In this document: positions 51,810 to 64,000 of the stretch, piece after piece | How the letters are laid out: each line of letters opens with the position of its first letter | Numbering within the stretch: the stretch's first letter is position 1 | Source: Chiloscyllium plagiosum | Lineage: Eukaryota | DNA: 64,000 nt | Reading direction: 5' to 3' | Assembly (NCBI RefSeq): GCF_004010195.1 | Contig: NC_057720.1 | Location: forward strand, 15,578,430-15,642,429 | Program-made: the position numbers and the translations under genes | The notes under the pieces: generated by a model | Database searches by the model: none | Seen by the model: the letters and a program-made list of their open reading frames with translations, nothing else | What the model was told of the DNA's origin: nothing

Positions 51810-52730
51810 ATTGGATAATATGCGAGGTTCAACCATCCTCAGCTGCTTCATCTATGGCCTTTCTTCCATCAGAAGGTCTGAAATGAGGAAATTTGCCAAA
51901 GTCTGTGCAATATTTAGCACTGTTCATGACTAATCAGGTACTGAAACACTTGCCTGAATACAATAAGACAACATTGAGTTTCAGGCTGTTAAGAGGTAAG
52001 TAACATGCACACCACTCATCTACAAAGACAGAAGCTAACCACCTTTTCCTTGAAATCCGATCATGGTGACATTCAATGACATTGTACTTACTGAATCCAC
52101 GATTACCAAAACCAGTTAGTGACGTTACCAGTGACTGGAAACTGAGATGGACCAGACATGTAAATGATATGGCAACAAGAGCAGGTCAGTGCCTAGAAAA
52201 CTAACTCCCCAAAACTTGTCCATCTACAAGGTACAAATCAGAAAGATGATGGAATACCCTCTGCTTGCCTGGTTGAATGAAACATCAACAATACTCAAGG
52301 ATTAAGTAGCCCTCTTCATTGCTCTCTATTCTCCAACCTTAAATGCTTACTCTCTCCAGGAATGATGCACAGTGACAGCAGTGTGTACCATTGACAAGAT
52401 GCATTGTAATTACTCATCACAGCTCTTTAGTTGGATCCTTCCAAACCTGCAGCCTCCACCAGCCTCCACCAGCTAGAAGGACAAAGGCACAAGTTGCTTG
52501 GAATGATCCCCAATATCACAAGAAGCTAAATCACACACATGATCCTGATTTTGAATTAAATCACTGCTTCATTGTTGTCACTGGGTCAACATCCTGAAAC
52601 TGCTTTTCTAATAGGTGCACCCACACCACAAAGCAGTTGAAGAAATCAGCTCACCACCATTTTCTCAAGGTCAGTTAGGAATAGACAACAAATGCTGGCC
52701 CCAATAATGATGCGCACATCCTGAACATAC
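51810..52730 (+). mobile_element. Old L2/CR1-like LINE fragment
   Basis: Colinear with 31500-32490. Confidence 0.7.
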
Positions 52731-53219
52731 TTTTAATAGAATTCTTCCCTAATTAATTCTCGGGGACAATTACCGACTTGAAAATGATTTTCATTCCTTC
52801 ATTCATCAGCAGAAAAATGTTATTACACGCGCTTCCCAAATTGGTTAGGGTTTGCTGCTGTAGAGTCTGAAACTCACAAATTTGGTCTTTTGCAAAAAGG
52901 AAATGGACTCTGCAAATGAAAATGATAACGAGGTAGAGAAATTGAATGATGTTATTGCTACTTTATAATTTCACTTTTCACTGCAACATCTCATAGTTGA
53001 TCAGATGTGTGATTGAACCAGTGTAATTGTACGTGAGAAATTGCAAAATCTTGTCAACTGGCACCAAGTTATGCAAAGTACAGTCACTAATTCCAAATGT
53101 TTAGAGAAGTTCAAAATGAGGATGAAGGCTTAATTTCTAAAAGCCTTGTTTCATGTGTGTGCAATGGGCCTTTGGATTTTCTGAACCTGAACATCTACTT
53201 CCTGCCAAATCCCCAAATC

Positions 53220-53382
53220 ATTTACATTTAAAAGGCATCTGGATGGATACATGAAGGGGAAGGATTTAGAGGAATATGGGCCAAAGACTAGCAAATAGGA
53301 CTAGGTCAGATTGGTATGTCTGGTTTGCTAGGATGAGTTGGACCGAAGGGTCTGTTCCCGTGCTGTACAACTCTATGACTCT
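53220..53382 (+). mobile_element. HER1 3' tail
   Basis: Matches the HER1 tail. Confidence 0.75.
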
Positions 53383-53479
53383 TGACACCCTATCCCTTGG
53401 GCTACTGTATAAACATAGAAAGAGAACTCCAAACAATCTACCCCATTTATCGAATAGAAAGTTAAGGTGAAATAGTGCT

Positions 53480-53975
53480 TATGGGCTAATAATCCAGAAT
53501 CTCAGGTTAATGTGCTGGGGACATGGGTTTGCAATCCTACAGTGGCAGAGGGTGAAATTTAAATTCAGTCAAAATCCGGAATTTAAAAGAAATAGCCTAA
53601 TTGTGACAATACAAACCCATCTGGGAAGAAATTCTGCCATCTTTAAACTCAGAAAACAGGGGTAGGCTATTTGGCCTTATGAGTCTATTCAATATGATCA
53701 TGGCTGATCATCCATTTAGTATCCTGTTTCCATACCCATCTCCCTATACCCTATAGCCCAAGAATATCTGACTTCTTCTTGAAAACATTTAATGCTTTGA
53801 CCTCAACTGTGTTCTATGGCGGAGAATTCCACAGAGGCTCACCACTGACCTAGTCTGGTCTACTTGTGACTCCATATCCATGGCAACATGGTTGACTCTT
53901 AACTGACCTCTGGGCAATTAGGAATGGACAATAAATGCTGACCTCGCCAGCAGTGTCACATCCAATGATTGAATA
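53480..53975 (+). mobile_element. tRNA-headed SINE (42330 family) with a nested minus-strand CR1 tail
   Basis: 'gactcttaactgacctctgggcaattagg' junction and tail. Confidence 0.7.
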
Positions 53976-54409
53976 TGATAAAAGGTCAGGAAGGGAAGAC
54001 GAATGAACAGTCTAAGGTTTTTCTGTGAGTTTCTCCAATATTTTATTTGGAATGAATTGCTTTAAAATATAAGATTGCAGTCAAGGCAAAAAAATACCAG
54101 CAACCACTTTGCACTATTTGAAATGCTGCAAACAATATTAAGCTAAATGGCCCATTAACTGTTTATAGCTGTGATTATTGAGATAGAATTACTCAGCACA
54201 TTAATTGCCTGAAGGGCAGAACTTAAAAGCTGCTGAAAGTTAAAGAGACTTGTGGTGCAGTGGTACTGTCTCTACGCCTGGGCCCAAGGGAGCTGGGTTG
54301 AAGTCTCACCTGCCCTAGGGATGTGTGATGCTATCCCCGAGTAGGCGATTAGAAAAAATTGGTCAATTTAAAAGGGACACAGAGTCAAGTCTTTTTGCCT
54401 TCCATTCAT

Positions 54410-54808
54410 CAGGACGGGGATGCAAGATCTTGTTGTAACTTACAAGATACTGAGAGGCTGGATAGAATGGACGTGAAGAAGATGTTCCATTAGTGGAAGA
54501 GACTGAAATTTGAGGACACAGCGTTAGACTGAAATGACGATCCTTTAGAACTGAGATCAAGCGGAGTTTCTTCAGCCAGAGGATGGTAAGTCTGTGGAGC
54601 GCCATTGCTGCAGAGAGCTGTGGAGGCCAAGTCAATGAGTGTGTTTAAGATAGAGATAGACAGGTTCTCGAGTAGAAAGGGGACCAAAGGTTACAGGAAG
54701 AAAGCAAGAGAATGTGGTTGAGAAACTTATTAGCCACGATCCGAATTGTGGAGCAGACTTGATGGGCCGAATGTCCTAATTCTGCTCCTATATTTTATCG
54801 TCTTATAA
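54410..54808 (+). mobile_element. CR1 3' fragment
   Basis: 'ttcttcagccagaggatggt' and tail 'cctaattctgctcctata'. Confidence 0.75.
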
Positions 54809-56016
54809 GAAAGGCAAAGAGATTGTGAGGCTATAACGCCAGAAAAAGTACTGAGACACTTGTCTGCCAATGTTTTTATGTTTGTCCTTTCTTGTCGAAA
54901 GCTGTTCATTCATGTTACAGTGAGGGAGGGAATTCTCCCCTGAGAGAGCGGAAAGGAGTCATGCAATGAAGGGTGCACATCCAAAGAAAGGGGTTCTGAT
55001 TGGCCCAAATGTTCTGCTGCACGTCAAGCGCCCCTTTGGTTGGAATGGAATGGAAAGGCTTTCCATTCAGCTGGCTGCGACCGTGTCCCATTTCCAGGAT
55101 GGTCTTTGCGGACTGGGCTCAAGGTGGGGGCCAGAGATGAAAATGTTGACTCAGGACTTGCCATGTGATGGCCCTTGGGTAAACAGTGAGGTCACTGCAG
55201 GGGCAGTGAGGATGTGCCTGGTCTGATATGCAACTCATGTGGGGATGATCTACCAGGTTTCTCAGCCCAATCAAAGCTCATGGAGTAAAGGGAGCAATGG
55301 ATCATGGGTATAAATTAGCCACGTCAAAGGAACAGAGAGTAATGGGGGATGGCCCTGTCTTAGACTGGAAGATGTGAGATAATGGCATTACCCAGGGTCT
55401 GGTGTTAGGATCTCTGCTTCTCTCCATTGGGGTTAATGACCTAGTCGTGGGTGACCAGGGCACAATTTCAAAACCTGTAGCTAGCACAATCTTGAAAGTG
55501 TTGCAAGGAGGATGGTACCGGACTTCAAGATTAATTGGAATGGGTGGATATGTGGCATAAACACAGGGAAGTGTAAAGTGGTACTTCTGGATGGAAAAGC
55601 CAAGAGCATCAATAGAAAAGAAGGGGAAAGGTTTAAATGTAGCTCAGGGGCTATGGGTCCTGGCGGGGTAGATGGATACATTTCATCAGGTGGATATTTC
55701 CCATTTTCAGTTGAAGTGTTTCGTTGAGTGAGTATCTGTTCAGCTGGGGCTTAGAGTGATTTTCCCAATGGCAGTTTCCGTGCTCTCTTCCCCTCATGAA
55801 TGATTCAACCAGTCTCTTGTGTCCGTCCCCTTGAAAGTTGTGCAGCAGGGAGACGCAGATGCACTTGCCCCTGCTGACACTCCCCAGTGTTCCTGCCTCT
55901 GGCACCATGATTAAAAGCCAGCCGCACACCCACTACAGAGGCTGCAAACCGGGAACCTCCCCTCATACTGTGGGGCTTGGGCCATTAACACTGGACACAC
56001 GGCCCAGGGAGTAGGC

Positions 56017-56214
56017 AGGCTCGCTCCCTGCTTTGTGATCAGGGTAGCGCAGTGTAGCGATGATCCTTTTCCCTGTGGACCATCAGAGGAAGTCACACCA
56101 TCAGACATAGGCAGCATGGACTCAGGTTACAGCCTGCGTCAGTTCGGTGCCCTGGTATAACTTAATGCTGAATGGTGCAGGAAGAAGGTCAGTGATCTTC
56201 TGCATTCTGTAAGG
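56017..56214 (+). pseudogene. Harbinger Myb/SANT (trihelix) DNA-binding protein remnant
   Basis: Frameshifted RLAPCF...LFP...AAWTQVTACVSS...NAEWCRKKVSDLL, followed by a donor-like GTCAGT. Confidence 0.55.
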
Positions 56215-56810
56215 GTCAGTGTCACCATCTTGCCTGGGTTACCTCACACTCAGAGGACCACCACTCACTCTAACTTTGCCACAGCACACACTTCTAACCA
56301 AAGCTCTTGGACGAAATTTATCAGTGCATCATATTCACTCACATTCCTCATCTTTCCAAATTATGGATCCTTCCCGACCTCTGTAATTCCCACATACACA
56401 ATGGGGACATCTCGCCATCTCTCCTCATCATTCTTCACCACTCAGTGCTCTTGCATTCACTCCCATCATTATCAATTTCTCTCCTTGCCTCATTCAGCCA
56501 TGGTCCTATTGGATAACAGAGCAAACTCGAGGCGCTGAATGCCTTACTTCTGTTCCAATTTCGGACAGTCTTATGGTTTGATGAGACCACACCTGGAGCA
56601 CTGTTTCGGTCTCTTAAGTAAGGATAGAGGCAGTTCAGAGAAGGTTCCCCCTGTAAGGGCAGTGAGGTACTATGGAGGAAGACTGGTCAGGTTCAGTCTG
56701 TATCCATTGGAGCTTAGAACCAAGAGATGTGATCTTCTTGAAATGGGTAAAATCCTGAGGGGACAAGGGTGTAGATGATGAAATGATTTTTCCTTTGTAG
56801 GGAAATACTT

Positions 56811-59800
56811 AGAGTCATAGAGCTGTACAGCAAGGAAGCAGACCCTTCGGTCCAACTCATCCATGCTGACCAGATATCCTAACCTAATCTAGTCCCATTT
56901 GCCAGCACTTGACCTATATCCCTCTAAACCCTTCCTATTCATATACCCCTCCAGATGCCGTTTAAACGTTGTAATTGTACCAGCCTCCACCATTTCCTCT
57001 GGCAGCTCATTGCATATACACACCGCCCTCTGCATTAAAATGCTGCTCCTTTTAAATCTTTCACCTTAAACCTATGTCCTCTAGTTTTGGACTCCCCTAC
57101 CCTGGGGAAAAGTCCTTGGCTATTTACCCTATCCATGACCCTCATGATTTTATAAACCTCTATAAGGTCACCCCATAGCTTCTCACACTCCAGGGAAAAC
57201 AGCGTCAGCTTATTCAGCCTGTCTCAAAGCTTAAATCTCCAACCCCAAGAACATCCTTGTAAATCTTCTTTGAACCCTTTCAAGTTTAACAACATCTTTC
57301 CTATAACAGGGAGACCAGAATTTAACACAGTATTCCAAAAGTGGCCTAACCAATGTCCCGTACAGTTGCAATACATACTCCTATATTCCTATATTTAGGA
57401 TGGGGAAAGCAATTGCAGTCTCCCCAAACTGATCCTTGCAGCACATCACTGGTAACTGAGCTTCAGGATGAACATTTCCCATCAACCACCACCCTCTGTC
57501 TTCTTTCAGCTAGCCAATTTCTGATCCAAACCGCTAAATCACTTGAAATGTGGAGCTTATTCAAGGAACAGCTACTGTAGGTCCTTGATGTATATATACC
57601 TATCAGGCAGGGAGGGAGTTGTTGCGAGAGGGAGCTATGGTTTAATAAAGAAGTTGAAGCTCTTGTCAAGAGGAAGAAGAAGGCTTATGTGAGGATGAGG
57701 CATGAAGGCTCAGTTAGGGGGTTTGAGAGTTATAAGTTAGCCAGAAAAGATCTAAAGAGAGCGCTAAGAAGAGCCCAGAGGGGACATGACAAGTTGTTGG
57801 TGGATAGGATCAAGGAAAACCTTAAGGTCTTTGATAGGTATATCAGGAATAAAAGAATGACTAAAGTAAGATTAGGGCCAATCAAAGGCAGTAGTGGGAA
57901 ATTGTATGTGGAATCTGAAGACATAGGGGAAGCGCTTGATGAATACTTTTCATTAGTATTCACATTGGAAAAGGGCAATGTTAGTGAGAATACGGAGATA
58001 CAGGCCACTAGATTAGATGGGATTATGGTTGACAAAGGGGAGGTTTTAGCAGTTCTGGAACATCTGAAAATGGATAAGACCCTTGGGCCGGATTGGATTT
58101 ATCCTTAGATTCTCTGGGAACCCAAGGAGGAGATTGCAGAGCCTTTGGCTTTGATCTTTATGTCATCATTGTTAACAGGAGTAGTGCCAGAAGACTGGAG
58201 GATAGCAAATGTTATTCCTTTGTTTAAGAAGGGGAGTCGAGACAACCCTGGTAATTATAGGCCAGTGAGCCTTACTGCGGTTATGGGTAAGTAACCAAAG
58301 TTGGAAAAGGCTAAAAAAGAAGATTTATAATCATCTGGAATGGAATAATTTGATTAGAGATAGTCAACATGGTGTTGTGAAGGGTAGGTTGTGCCTAACT
58401 AACCTGATTGAGTTCTTTGAGAAGGTGACAAAACAGCTGGAAGAAGGTAAATCAGTTGATGTGGTGTATTTGGACTTCAGTAAGGTATTTGATAAGGTTC
58501 CATATGGTAGGCTATTGCACAAAATACGGAGATTTAAGATTGAAGGTGATTTAGCGGTTTGGATCAGAAATTGGCTTACTGAAAGAAGACAGAGGGTGGT
58601 GGTTGATGTGAAATGTTCATCCTGGAGCTCAGTTACCAGTGGTGTGCTGCAAGGATCTGTTTGGGGCCACTGCTGTTTGTCATTTTCATAAATGATCTGG
58701 ATGTGGGTGTAGAAGGATGGGTTAGTAAATTTGTGGATGACACTAAGATAAGCAGAGTTGTGGATAGTGCTGAAAGATGTTGTGGGTTACAGAGAGACAT
58801 AGATAAGATGCAGAGCTGGGCTGAGAAGTGGCAAATAGAAGTTAATGTGGAAAAGTGTGAGGTAGCTCACTTCGGAAGTAGTAGCAGGAATGCAGAGTAC
58901 TGGGCTAATGGTAAAAGTCTTGACAGTGTAGGTGAACAAAGAGATCTTGGTGTCCAGGTGCATAAATCCCTGAAAGTTGCCACTCAAGTTGATAGGGTTG
59001 TTAAGAAGGCATATGGTGTGTTGGTGTTTATTGGGAGGGGGATTGAGTTTCAGAGCCACAAAGTCATGCTTCAGCTGTACAAGACACTAGTAAGACTGCA
59101 CCTGGAATATTGTGTTCAGTTCTGGTCACCACATTATAGGAAGGATGTGGAAGCTTTGGAGAGAGTTCCGAGGAGATTTACTTTGGATGTTATCTGGTAT
59201 GGAAGGAAAGTCTTACGAGGAAAGGCTGAGGGACTTGAGGCTGTTTTTGTTGGAGAGAAGAAGGTTGAGAGGTGACTTAATCGAGATGTATAAGATAATC
59301 AGAGAGTTAGATAAGCTGGACAGTGAGGACTATTTTCCTCGGATGGTGATGGCTACCATAAGGGGTCTTAGCTTTAAAATGAGGGGTGATAGATTTATGA
59401 CAGATATCAGGGGTAGTTCTTCACTCAGATAATAGTAGGGGCGTGGAAAGGCCTGCCTGCAACAGTAGTAGACTCGCTGTCGTTAAGGGCATTTAGATGG
59501 GCATTGGACACACATATGGATAATAATGGAATGGTGTACATTAGATGGGCATCAGATTAATTTCACAGGTTGGCGGAACATCCAGGGACAAAGGGCCTGT
59601 ACTGCGCTGTAGCGTTCTATGTTCTATATACTCTTATACTTAATGCACTGACCAATAAAGTTACCAAATGCCTTCTTCACTACTCTGCCTTACTGGAACT
59701 CCACGTTCAAGGAATTATGAACCTGCACCGCAATATCTCTTTGTTTGACAACACTCGCCAGAGCCTTACCATTAACTGTATGGATCCTGTCCTGATTTGC

Positions 59801-59945
59801 TTTTACAAAATGCAGCACCTCACATTTATCTAAATTAAACTCCATCTGCCACTCCTCAGTCCATTGGCCCATCTGATCAAGATCCGATTTTACTCTGAGA
59901 TAATCTTGACTGTCCACTACACCTCCATTTTTGGTGTCATCTCTA
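56811..59945 (-). mobile_element. HER1/CR1 LINE (minus strand) interrupted by a plus-strand CR1
   Basis: Tail at 56811-57374. It resumes at 59639 (ORF 59690-59917 DLDQMGQWTEEWQMEFN). Confidence 0.85.
57386..59627 (+). mobile_element. CR1 LINE of about 2.2 kb with RT domain and an inverted 5' segment
   Basis: ORFs 57689, 58350 and 58613 (GPDWIYP, QHGVVKGR, FVDDTK). TSD atactc(c/t)tata (57375-57385, 59628-59638). (ttctatg) tail. Confidence 0.9.
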
Positions 59946-60954
59946 AACTCAAGCTAGGTTTGAAAATAAGGCATTTATCATTTGACACTGAGATGAGGAG
60001 AATTGTTCTCTCTCGAGTTGCTGTGGGTTTTGAAGCTCTCTTCTACAGAGTGGTGGAGGCAAATAATTTTAGGACAGAGATAGAAAGCTTTTTGACGAAA
60101 ATGTCAAGGGGTTTTGAGGGTTGACGAGGAACAGAAATTGAGGCCATAATCAGATCAGCTGCATTCTTCGAGAAATTCGGAGCCAACCCAAAAAAGCTGA
60201 ATGGTCCATTCCTATTTTTAATTCATATGTTCCTAGCCCAGGCAATACCAATGAGTATCTATTGCCTCTTCAGTGGCCATACTTTTTTTTATTCCTGGTT
60301 CATTCCTGGTTCTGGGGTTCAACACAACTCTTACTTGTTCACTATTCTAATTTTCCTTTTAGTCTTCCATGGGATTTAAGCATCACTGGCTACACCAAGT
60401 TTTATGCCCTGGAGAAGGTGGTGTGAACTGCTTTCTTGGAGCGCAGGTAGACACACAAGGCCTTTCAGGAGGGATTTCCAGGACTTTGACCCAGCGACAC
60501 TGAAAGAACGGCGATACATTTCCAAGTCAGGAAGGTGAATGACTTGGAGGAGACCTTACAGTGGTAGTGCTCCCATACATCTGCTGTCCTTCTCCTTTTA
60601 GTGGGTGAATGTAGTCATTTAGGGAGGATGGTAAAGTTACTGGACTAATAGCCCAAAGGCCCCGGGTGAGCACCGTGAGGTATTGGGTTCAAATCCCACC
60701 ATGGCGGGTGATATTATAATTCAATCAATACATCTGGAACTGAAAGCGAGTCTCAGTATTGATGACCAAGGCCACTCTCATTGGTTATTGTAAAACCCAT
60801 CGAGTTCACTAATGCCCTTTCAGGGAGCAATCTGCCATCTTATCTGCCCTGGCTCTTATTCCAGAGCTGCAGAAAGAACTTTCTACCACCTTCTGAAATG
60901 TTCTACCAATCTGTTCAGTTCAAGAGTAATTAGGAATAGGCAGCAAATGCTACC

Positions 60955-61310
60955 TTGCCGCTATCCATCTATACTTCCTGTTGTCTCGGCAAATCAACCG
61001 ACATAATCAAAGACCCCTCCCGCCCCAGTTATACTCTCTCCCACCCTCATCCATTGGGTCGAAGGTATAACAATTTGAATACACGTATGAACAGATCGAA
61101 GAACAGCTTCTTCCCCGCTGTTATCAGATTTTTGAGTGGACCTCTCGAATGTTAACATTGATCTCTCTCTCTGCACCTTCCCTGTGACTGTATTCTGCAC
61201 GCTGTTCTGCAACCCTGATGCACTTTGTATGGTATAATTTGCCACACATGGCACACAAAACAACATTTTTCACTCTATCTCAGAACAAGTGACAACAAGA
61301 AGTCAATCAA
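60955..61310 (+). mobile_element. Rex1/Babar-like 3' end
   Basis: Peptide PSIYTSCCLGKSTDIIKDPS...KNSFFPAVIR. Confidence 0.8.
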
Positions 61311-62149
61311 TATTCCATAAAAGAATTTAAAAGTTGCCATTTTGAAAGGAGCTGTGCTGAATTTCTGCATATTGGTACACATTAAACCACATGAATGTCA
61401 CTGGTGGTTGTGATGTTAATGAGAAAAGGCTTCTTTGGCACTGAGCTTCTTCAGTCTTGTCGGAGCTACAGTTATCCGGGCAAGCAGGGAGTATTCCATC
61501 CCATTTCTGACTTGTGCCTTGCTGATGGTAGACAGGCTTTGGAGTTACTCCTGACAGACTTCCCAATCCCTAATCAATTTTAGTGCCTGCAGGATTTATG
61601 CAGCTGATCCAGTTGTGTTTCTGGTCAATGGGATCACAAAACGTGTCTCCAAAGATACACTCTGTGAAGCCTCCTTCATACCTTGGCAGGGTCTGCTGTG
61701 GGGACTTGGCAGGGGTGTGTGAGAGGTCAGTTGGGGTCAGTTTGGGGAGGGTCAATGGAGTTGTTGGGGAAATCTATTCTCCGCCATTGAAGTCATCGAA
61801 GTCCCTAGGCAGTAATCACCTCGTCTCGGTGCTGGATTTGTCTTACCTTCCTCCTGTGCAGCATCTGTGTGTTTGGGCAATCTCACATCGCTTCCTGCTT
61901 TCTCTTTGTCATTCTCATCCACCCTTTTCCAAAAGCAGAGACGTACAGGCCACGTTTATTCTGGAGTTCCTTGCCAAGGTATATTGCACCACCACATCTG
62001 TCACGATGCCTGAAATGAGGCTCCAGTACTCTGGCTGCTTGCTCACTGACAATTTGAGTCATTCCAAGGGCTTTCTTCTATCTCCGGTTCCCTGCTGGGT
62101 GTCAATGTTGTAAGAGGTGGCATCAGCCAGGCCTGCAGAGATTAGCCCG

Positions 62150-62600
62150 AGTAAACAACCAACCTGATCCAGTATTTTGTCTCATCAATCCAGGGATGAG
62201 TCCTGGCAGCATCCTGGGGAGTAGGCACTGATATGAAATACATTATGTGATTGGCATCGAACACGAGCTGCACATTAATTGAATGGAACCCTTCTGGTTT
62301 ATAAAATTGAGAGTAATTATCATACAGGGCTCTCCGTGGCACATGGATACAATGGATGGCACCCTGTACAAAAGCTGACTGCTCGCCCTCTTTTCATGGT
62401 CGGTGCCATTAGGAACGCAATACATTGCATGGGCCTTTAGAAATAATTTCTCCCCAATGCCCGTGTCCCCCACCCCAACCACCCATCAGCCTGGGCAGCA
62501 GGTGTAGGCATTGGTAGCTCACACTGACTAATGCAGTGTCCTGATGAACCTCGATGGGTGCTCCTCAGATCTCCAGATGGGGATGTGCATCGGGAGCACT
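62150..62600 (-). pseudogene. Harbinger (HARBI1-like) DDE transposase remnant
   Basis: Minus-strand motifs VQGAIHCIHV, EGFHSINVQLVFD and PGCCQDS, matching GAIDCTH, KGFHSLNVQ and PGSxHD. Confidence 0.75.
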
Positions 62601-62814
62601 CCAGCAGTGATGATCCTACCAAGTGGGCACTGTTTTGATTGCAGTGTGTGACAGGAACGGAGCTGAGGGCACATTGCTAACTCAGCTTGAGGTGGCAACG
62701 GCAGCAGAACCTAGAAAAGGAATAAACGTGTCATGTGCTGTGCACAGTTCCTGGCTCATTGTTGAGGATGTGGGAGGGAAGTGTTCATTTGCAACATCAG
62801 CCATCAAATCAAAT

Positions 62815-64000
62815 TTGATACTCAGCTGTATTCCAGTTATTCAGCTATATTCCTGTTACTCAGCTATATTCCTGTTACTCAGCTGTATTCCTGTTACTCA
62901 GTTGTATTCCTGTTACACAACTGTATTTCTGTTACTCAGCTATATTCCTGTCACTCAGCAATTTTCTGTTACTCAGCAGTATTCCTATTATTCAGCTATA
63001 TTCTTGTTAATTATCTGTATTCCTGTTACTCAGCTATATTCCTGTTACTCAGCTGTATTCCTGTTACACAGCTGTATTTCTGTTACTCAGCTATATTCCT
63101 GTTACTCAGCAATTTTCTGTTACTCAACGGTATTCCTACTACTCAGCTATATTCTTGTTAATTATCTGTATTCCTGTTACTCAGCTGTATTACTGTTACT
63201 TAGCTGTATTGCTGTTACTCAGCTGTATTCCTGTTATTCAGCTGTATTCCTGTTATTCAGCTGTATTGCTGTTACTCAGCTGTATTGCTGTTACTCAGCT
63301 GTATTCCTGTTATTCAGCTGTATTCCAGTCACTACACTATATACCTGTTACTTCACTATATTTCTGTTACATATGTGTATTCCTGTTACTCAGCTATATT
63401 TCTGTTACTCAACTGTATTCCTGTTACTCAGTTATATTCTGTTACTCAGCTGTGTTCCTGTTACTCATCTGTATTCTTGTTATTCAGGTATATCCTGTTA
63501 CTCAGCTACATTCCTGTTACTCAGTTTTACTCCTGTTACTCAGCAGCACTCCATGAACTCCAATATATTCATATTACTCAGCTGTATTCCTGTTACTCAG
63601 CTCTATTCTTGTTATTCAGCTGAATTCCCATTACTACACTATTCCTGATACACAGCTGTACTCCTATTACTCAGCTGTAATCCTGTTACTCAGCTGTACT
63701 CCTAATACTCGGCTATATTACTGTTACTCAGCTATGTTCCTGTTACTCAGCTGTATTCCTGTTACTCTGCTTTATTCCTGTTACTTAGCCGTAATCCTGT
63801 TGCTCCACTACATTCCTGTTGCTCATCTGTATTCCTGTTACTCAGTTATATAACTGTTTCTTTGCTGTATTCCTGTTACTCAGCTGTATTCCTGTTACTC
63901 AGTTGTATTCTGTTACTCAGCTGTATTCCTGTTACTTCACTATATTCCTGATATTCAGCTGTATTCCTATTACTCAGCTGTATTCCTGGTACTACACTAT
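62815..64000. repeat. 19-bp tandem satellite (ctcagctgtattcctgtta)n running off the window end
   Basis: Period 19 read directly. It explains ORFs 62623-63648 and its neighbours. Confidence 0.95.

Noticed and set aside
62150..62600. Domesticated HARBI1 gene
   Set aside because: It has frameshifts, and the first catalytic Asp is altered (GAIH instead of GAID).
62623..63648. 341-aa hydrophobic ORF
   Set aside because: It is a translation of the 19-bp satellite. All three plus-strand frames give the same cyclic peptide.

Overview
Repeat-dense vertebrate genomic DNA, almost certainly elasmobranch (shark). The taxon is inferred from abundant HE1-type V-SINEs and HER1/CR1 LINEs that share a 3' tail. 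I recognise no host protein-coding gene, and nearly all long ORFs in the track derive from transposons or tandem repeats. Contents: CR1/HER1, L2/CR1-like, Rex1/Babar-like, L1 and Tx1 LINE fragments; several SINE families (HE1, a DeuSINE, two or three other tRNA-headed families); four solo LTRs with 4-bp TSDs; TcMar MITEs; fossil Harbinger transposase and Myb/SANT pieces; a 21-bp minisatellite; a 19-bp satellite; and two assembly gaps (13636-13704, 38156-38367). The most notable signal is at least five Penelope-like element (PLE) terminal-repeat families. Each carries a minimal type-I hammerhead ribozyme motif with covarying helices, and several occur as tiny hairpin elements with 13-15 bp TSDs. 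Also notable are an ORF1-only Tx1 element inserted in a SINE tRNA head, and a LINE whose 5' end is a tRNA-like SINE head. Repeat boundaries were read by eye and are approximate unless a TSD is quoted.
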